Positions 59,660-64,000 of a stretch of 64,000 nucleotides of DNA are shown here, in pieces. Source of the DNA: Patescibacteria group bacterium (GTDB lineage Bacteria; Patescibacteriota; Microgenomatia; UBA1400; PJMF01); assembly GCA_041747555.1 (NCBI GenBank), contig JBGTEY010000011.1, forward strand, positions 118,274 through 182,273, in the 5' to 3' direction. The notes under the pieces are model-generated. The model saw only the letters and a list, made by a program, of their open reading frames with translations. It had not been told where the DNA came from and made no database searches. A program made the position numbers and the translations under genes. Numbering within the stretch: the stretch's first letter is position 1; the number at the start of each line of letters is the position of its first letter.

Positions 59660-62600
59660 TTAAGGGGTTGGGGATGGCGAGCTCTGACCCTGATTCAATG
59701 GGGTTGGTACTGGAGACGGCGTAGCTGAACCCCCACTTGAGGGACTTGGTGTTGGAGATGGTTGCGGCGATGCTTCTGGAGATGGGGATGGACTTGGTTC
59801 AACTGATCCGGCGCCTTCAGCACCTTCGCTTGTCTCATCAGTTTCGCCTGCTTCATCTTGATCACCTGCAACTTCACCAGACTCTTCTGGGTCATTGTTT
59901 TCTTCTGGTTGTGGACTCTGACTTGGCTGTGGTGATCCGCCTTCACTCTCGAGAACTTCTACTAAAGCGGCTTCACCACTCGTTGTGAGCACTGCTAACC
60001 AGTTAATTTCAATATCTTGTGCCTGCGCTTGAGTAAGTCTAATGATAAATGATCCAACTTCAACAGATTCTAGGTGGTAACCACCATTGATTGTGCCTCG
60101 AGAACTGAGGTATACAGTTGGGGCGTCCGCATATGCCTTGGCGAAGGTTACTCTCACTTTGGTAGTTCCTGCTGGAATCACCACACTACCTGCTGTATCT
60201 TTATTGACTCGAATACTACCTCTGATGGTGACGTCTGCCAAGAACTCGACACCGCTCTTGAAGACTGCTCGAGTATTAAATACGACCTCTTTGAGGAATG
60301 TCCAGGCAGTGGCTGTTATTGTCGTATGATTATTCAGGTTTGCATTGATTGCCTGGACTTGTGTGTCGATCGCTGCCAATTGAGTCACCGCAAGTTCAGC
60401 TTGTGTTGCCGCATCCTGTGCCAATTGCTGATCAATATTAGATACTCTACCCTGACTATCAAATTGTACTCGATCAGAAAATGTTTTAAATTGTTCATTC
60501 TGCTCTTGCACCGCCCTCACAATCATAGGTGTGACCTTACCGTAATCAACTTTCCAGTGTTCATTTGGATTGTCAAAATAGGCCGTGACCGCGTCTGGGT
60601 ATATTTCATACAACTGTTGAGCAATAAATCCAGTGTGCATTTTGCTTGATCCATCAGCTTTAAAGCTGTAATCCATAACTTGCACCTGGAGCAATTCCTC
60701 AAGACCTTTGCTGCCCATTGAAAAATTTTCCTTTAAACGTAGATCAGAAGAGGTGTTGTATGAAGTCGTACTACTCCCAAACGTGATTGAGCCGACACTT
60801 GTCCCATTGCCATCGTTAAATTGTACGAGTGTTGAGGGGCCTGCAGCTGTATGATCGTCCAATCCAGCTTGAATGGAGATGCCCGATCTATTAGTAGCAT
60901 TCCCATCATTGAAAAATTCTGCAGCATAATCAGTTAAGTTGGCTGAAACTTGAAGTTGACCATTCGTTGCCAAAGTTCCAGAACCCAAAAAGTTAAAATT
61001 TTGATTTAAACTAACATTTCCAAAGTGAAGCGCTTCAGAACCATCGGTTGTCGTAAAGATCATGTACCGACTACCAGATTGAGCAAACTGCAGTGCTGCG
61101 GATTGATTATCTGGAAATCTGATTGTTGTTGCTGAATTTAAATTTATATCACTACCACCTACAACCAAGTCATTCACACGTACATCGCTCTCAAAATATC
61201 CTCCATAATCCCAGTTTGCGCCCTCTTGGTAAATTGCATATTGCGTGCCTGAGACCCCGTTGGTGTCTGTGGCTGGATCATTAATGCGAATTCCATATAG
61301 AGAGTTACCAGTTGATGCAGTGAAATTTGTAAAATCAAGATCAATCAATGTGGTGCTTCCCGTAGAAGTTGTCCCTGTCCCCCAATCTACATTTATAAGC
61401 TCACCAGACGTCCAGCTGGTATTAAGTGCATAATCGGTAAATGTACCAATTGTCCCTGGCGTAATTGTTGTTAACCCTGATAAGGTCAATGTTGTGGAAT
61501 CAACCCCAGCATTTGCATCTAGATTTCCTGTAAATGTCACCTGACCTGATCCTGCTTGTGTAAGTGCTCCAGTGTTAGTGAATGTGAAAAATGGAGTGCC
61601 GTTGTCGGCAATGATGAAGTCGCCTGTGGTTGTGAGATTATATGTTAATCCTGTAGCATTATCGATTTCCATGGTTAAATTAGCCTCAGTGATTGATTGT
61701 GCATACACATCATCAAATGTGGGTGTGCCCGCTACAGTATCTACATACGCTTTAATGCTCTGCTGTGTGGCAAGGGCTGTAGCAGAGTTTGAGACGAGGT
61801 CGTCTTCATCGAGAATTGAACTGACGGCTGTTGAGGCTCCGAGTTGAAGTGAGCCATTGACGAGCAATGCTCCATTTGAGAATGAGAGTAGGTCAGTGTC
61901 TGTGGTAAGCCCAAGAGTCGTGCCATCCAAAAGCAAACTATCTACTGTCCAGCTCGTAAAACCAGTTCCCACACCAGAAGCGTTAATATCCCAACCAGAA
62001 GAGTTTATTGCAATTGCATCTCCGCCATCTCCCAGAGTTACCGTGCCATTTGCGACCAGTGAGCCATTTGCTGTAAGCGTGCTAGCAAAAGTACCCGCAC
62101 CAGCCGTGGTAATTGTTGCATTTCCACCCACGGTGAGTGATGATCCTGTGACATCGAGGCCGCTTGTTACATCCACATTGCCGGTGAGGGTTACTTGACC
62201 AGCTCCAGCTTGAGTAAGTGCTCCAGTGTCAGTGAATGTGAAAAATGGCGTGCCGTTATCTGCAATGATGAAGTCGCCGGTTGTTGTTAGGTCAAAGGTC
62301 AACCCACCCGCATTATCAATTTCCATGTTGAGATCAGCTTCAGTAATAGATTCGGCATACACTTGATCAAATGTTGGAGTTGAGGTGCTTATTTGATTAT
62401 CAACATAGGCCTTTATGCTCTGCTGTGTCGCCAACGCTGTTGCTGAATTTGAAGTGAAGCTATCTTCATCAAGAATTGAACTAACCGTTCCTCCAGAAGT
62501 AAGAGTGAGCGTGGAAGCAGTAATATCTCCTTCAACCGATAAGTTAGCTTGGTATGTTGAATTTGAATTAATAATGGTGTACGTACTATCCGCACCAGCA

Positions 62601-64000
62601 TCAAGCAGGTTCCAATAGACAGAGTTGTCTCCAGAAATCGCGCCAGAGCTCACAATTTCGAGGCGATCATCGGTGCTCTCATCATAAAGGACACTCCAGT
62701 TTGCATCATTTCCAAAAGCAAATCCTACGTTATCCTGCACTTCCCAAGCTCCAGAAATAGCCTGTGCATCTGAGTCAAAAATTAACGCCTCTATTGTATT
62801 CTCGGTCGTCGCATCTGTAGATGCTAAACCGTTTAATGCTCCTCCTGTAAGCGAAGTAGTGCCGTCAGTGAGGGTACCGCCAGTGATGATACTTGAAGCG
62901 TTCAGGGTTGTTACGTCAGAAATTGCTCCTGCATTTATATCAATTCCGTTGATCGTTTCATCTGTATGAGCGGTAATTACACCGCCAGTTGAAAATGAGT
63001 AACTCCCGCCAACAGTCAAGTTTGCATTGGTAACATCAAGTCCATTGCTCGCATCTACATTGCCTGAGAGCGTTACCTGACCTGCTCCTGCCTGCGTGAG
63101 TGCGCCACCATCGGTGAAGGTAAAGAAGGTAGTGCCGTTGTCGGCAATGACGAAATCACCAGTGCTGGTCAAGTCTACAACCAGGTTGCCAGTTAGTGCA
63201 TTAGTTATTGTCGTTGCTGCGTCAAGTGTTAGGGCATCTGCGAGTTCAGTAAAATTCAAAGAGTCTGCAATGACATTGTAGGTAAGTGTGTCAGTTGCAG
63301 AAACGGTTGCGTTAATAGTTGATGAATCTGCGGCGCTGAGAGTATTGGTTGAGCTGATAGTTTGTGAGGTGACGCCGTCAGAAATTACCCAGTTTGAATA
63401 TCCGCCGGCTCCAGCATCAGCATCAATCCATGCTAAGACTCCAGCCGAGTTTGTAGATAAAATTTGATTTGCGCTCCCATCGGCAACGGGAAGTGTATAA
63501 ATAACGTCTCCTGCGAGTGTATCTGGAGCTTTAAATCCAGTATAGTTGTCTCCCCCAGCCTCAAGCTCCTGGAAACGAATTTCACCAGTATTACCAGCGG
63601 CAATACCAAATGGATTAATGTTAAATGCTGACGCAGACACGTCAAAGTAAAATGGTGAGTCGCTCGTGGTATTACCAACAGCAAGGTCGTCTGAGGTGGC
63701 AGTTAAGTAGGTAATTGCACCATTATCTGTCCATTTTGAAGAACCAGAACCACCAGAAGTTACCCAGCCGCAAGTTGGTTGTGTAGGATCACAGAGGAGA
63801 TCGTTACCCCAATACAAACTATCGCCCGCTTCTCCTGCTGCAGCTGCGCCATACGAAAGTACATTGTCTGGATCTGCGTCATTGTTGAGACCAAGGGTGG
63901 TGCCTTGCACCGCAACTGCCCCCGAGAATGTAGTGAGCGCTGCATTAATATCGATATCATCGCTGGCAAAATCGATGCTTGGATCCGTTACTCCGACATC
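59660..64000 (-). CDS. giant repetitive surface/fibre protein with Peptidase-S74-like intramolecular chaperone domain; 5' end beyond window
   Basis: >1440 aa; Thr/Gly/Asn-rich beta-rich repeats (three copies of TTTGDFIIADNGTPFFTFT...QAGAGQVTLTGNVD), SDLRLKENF...GFIAQQLYEIYPDAV S74-type motif, Pro/Ser/Glu-rich C-terminal tail; frame remains open to nt 64000. Confidence 0.7.
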   Translation of the reverse strand, partial: DVGVTDPSIDFASDDIDINAALTTFSGAVAVQGTTLGLNNDADPDNVLSYGAAAAGEAGDSLYWGNDLLCDPTQPTCGWVTSGGSGSSKWTDNGAITYLTATSDDLAVGNTTSDSPFYFDVSASAFNINPFGIAAGNTGEIRFQELEAGGDNYTGFKAPDTLAGDVIYTLPVADGSANQILSTNSAGVLAWIDADAGAGGYSNWVISDGVTSQTISSTNTLSAADSSTINATVSATDTLTYNVIADSLNFTELADALTLDAATTITNALTGNLVVDLTSTGDFVIADNGTTFFTFTDGGALTQAGAGQVTLSGNVDASNGLDVTNANLTVGGSYSFSTGGVITAHTDETINGIDINAGAISDVTTLNASSIITGGTLTDGTTSLTGGALNGLASTDATTENTIEALIFDSDAQAISGAWEVQDNVGFAFGNDANWSVLYDESTDDRLEIVSSGAISGDNSVYWNLLDAGADSTYTIINSNSTYQANLSVEGDITASTLTLTSGGTVSSILDEDSFTSNSATALATQQSIKAYVDNQISTSTPTFDQVYAESITEADLNMEIDNAGGLTFDLTTTGDFIIADNGTPFFTFTDTGALTQAGAGQVTLTGNVDVTSGLDVTGSSLTVGGNATITTAGAGTFASTLTANGSLVANGTVTLGDGGDAIAINSSGWDINASGVGTGFTSWTVDSLLLDGTTLGLTTDTDLLSFSNGALLVNGSLQLGASTAVSSILDEDDLVSNSATALATQQSIKAYVDTVAGTPTFDDVYAQSITEANLTMEIDNATGLTYNLTTTGDFIIADNGTPFFTFTNTGALTQAGSGQVTFTGNLDANAGVDSTTLTLSGLTTITPGTIGTFTDYALNTSWTSGELINVDWGTGTTSTGSTTLIDLDFTNFTASTGNSLYGIRINDPATDTNGVSGTQYAIYQEGANWDYGGYFESDVRVNDLVVGGSDINLNSATTIRFPDNQSAALQFAQSGSRYMIFTTTDGSEALHFGNVSLNQNFNFLGSGTLATNGQLQVSANLTDYAAEFFNDGNATNRSGISIQAGLDDHTAAGPSTLVQFNDGNGTSVGSITFGSSTTSYNTSSDLRLKENFSMGSKGLEELLQVQVMDYSFKADGSSKMHTGFIAQQLYEIYPDAVTAYFDNPNEHWKVDYGKVTPMIVRAVQEQNEQFKTFSDRVQFDSQGRVSNIDQQLAQDAATQAELAVTQLAAIDTQVQAINANLNNHTTITATAWTFLKEVVFNTRAVFKSGVEFLADVTIRGSIRVNKDTAGSVVIPAGTTKVRVTFAKAYADAPTVYLSSRGTINGGYHLESVEVGSFIIRLTQAQAQDIEINWLAVLTTSGEAALVEVLESEGGSPQPSQSPQPEENNDPEESGEVAGDQDEAGETDETSEGAEGAGSVEPSPSPSPEASPQPSPTPSPSSGGSATPSPVPTPLNQGQSSPSPTP

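Noticed and set aside
60074-63281. Multiple + strand ORFs within the giant minus-strand gene
   Set aside because: Antisense shadows of a repetitive Thr/Gly-rich coding sequence

Overview
The window looks like a gene-dense segment of a small bacterial genome; many cell-surface, secreted and competence genes and numerous uncharacterised ORFs suggest (low confidence) a reduced-genome, episymbiont-style bacterium such as a Patescibacteria/CPR lineage. No rRNA or CRISPR array is present. All calls rest on reading the ORF translations and nucleotide sequence by eye; no searches were run.

Confident core content:
- DNA and RNA-synthesis genes recQ, dinB, thrS, argS, ndk, ahcY, a PfkB kinase and a MurD-type ligase.
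- A secE-nusG-rplK-rplA block that is separated from rplJ-rplL by a 7.9 kb insert.
- rpmG, mscL, mreB and galU.
- A comEA-comEC DNA-uptake operon in which comEC is split into two overlapping ORFs.
- Seven tRNAs: Trp, a Thr-Tyr-Thr cluster, Pro, and two Arg.
- Three toxin-antitoxin pairs: two paralogous RelE/ParE-like pairs and one VapBC pair.

Most notable observations:
- A 15-codon leader ORF upstream of thrS with five consecutive Thr codons, followed by an intrinsic terminator hairpin. This resembles a pheM-type leader-peptide attenuator.
- A 131-bp element with 25-bp terminal inverted repeats sitting between the tRNA genes.
- A tightly coupled four-gene operon of a NUDIX fusion, a membrane protein, a TM-anchored SAM methyltransferase and a Rossmann-like protein.
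- A PP-loop-like protein immediately upstream of the MurD-like ligase, a possible MurD2/MurL-type pair.
- An acyl-adenylate-forming enzyme fused to an uncharacterised 270-aa domain.
- A tandem six-cysteine-module surface protein.
- A giant surface protein of more than 1440 aa with internal repeats of about 640 bp and a phage-tailspike-like intramolecular chaperone (Peptidase S74-like) domain; it runs off the window edge.
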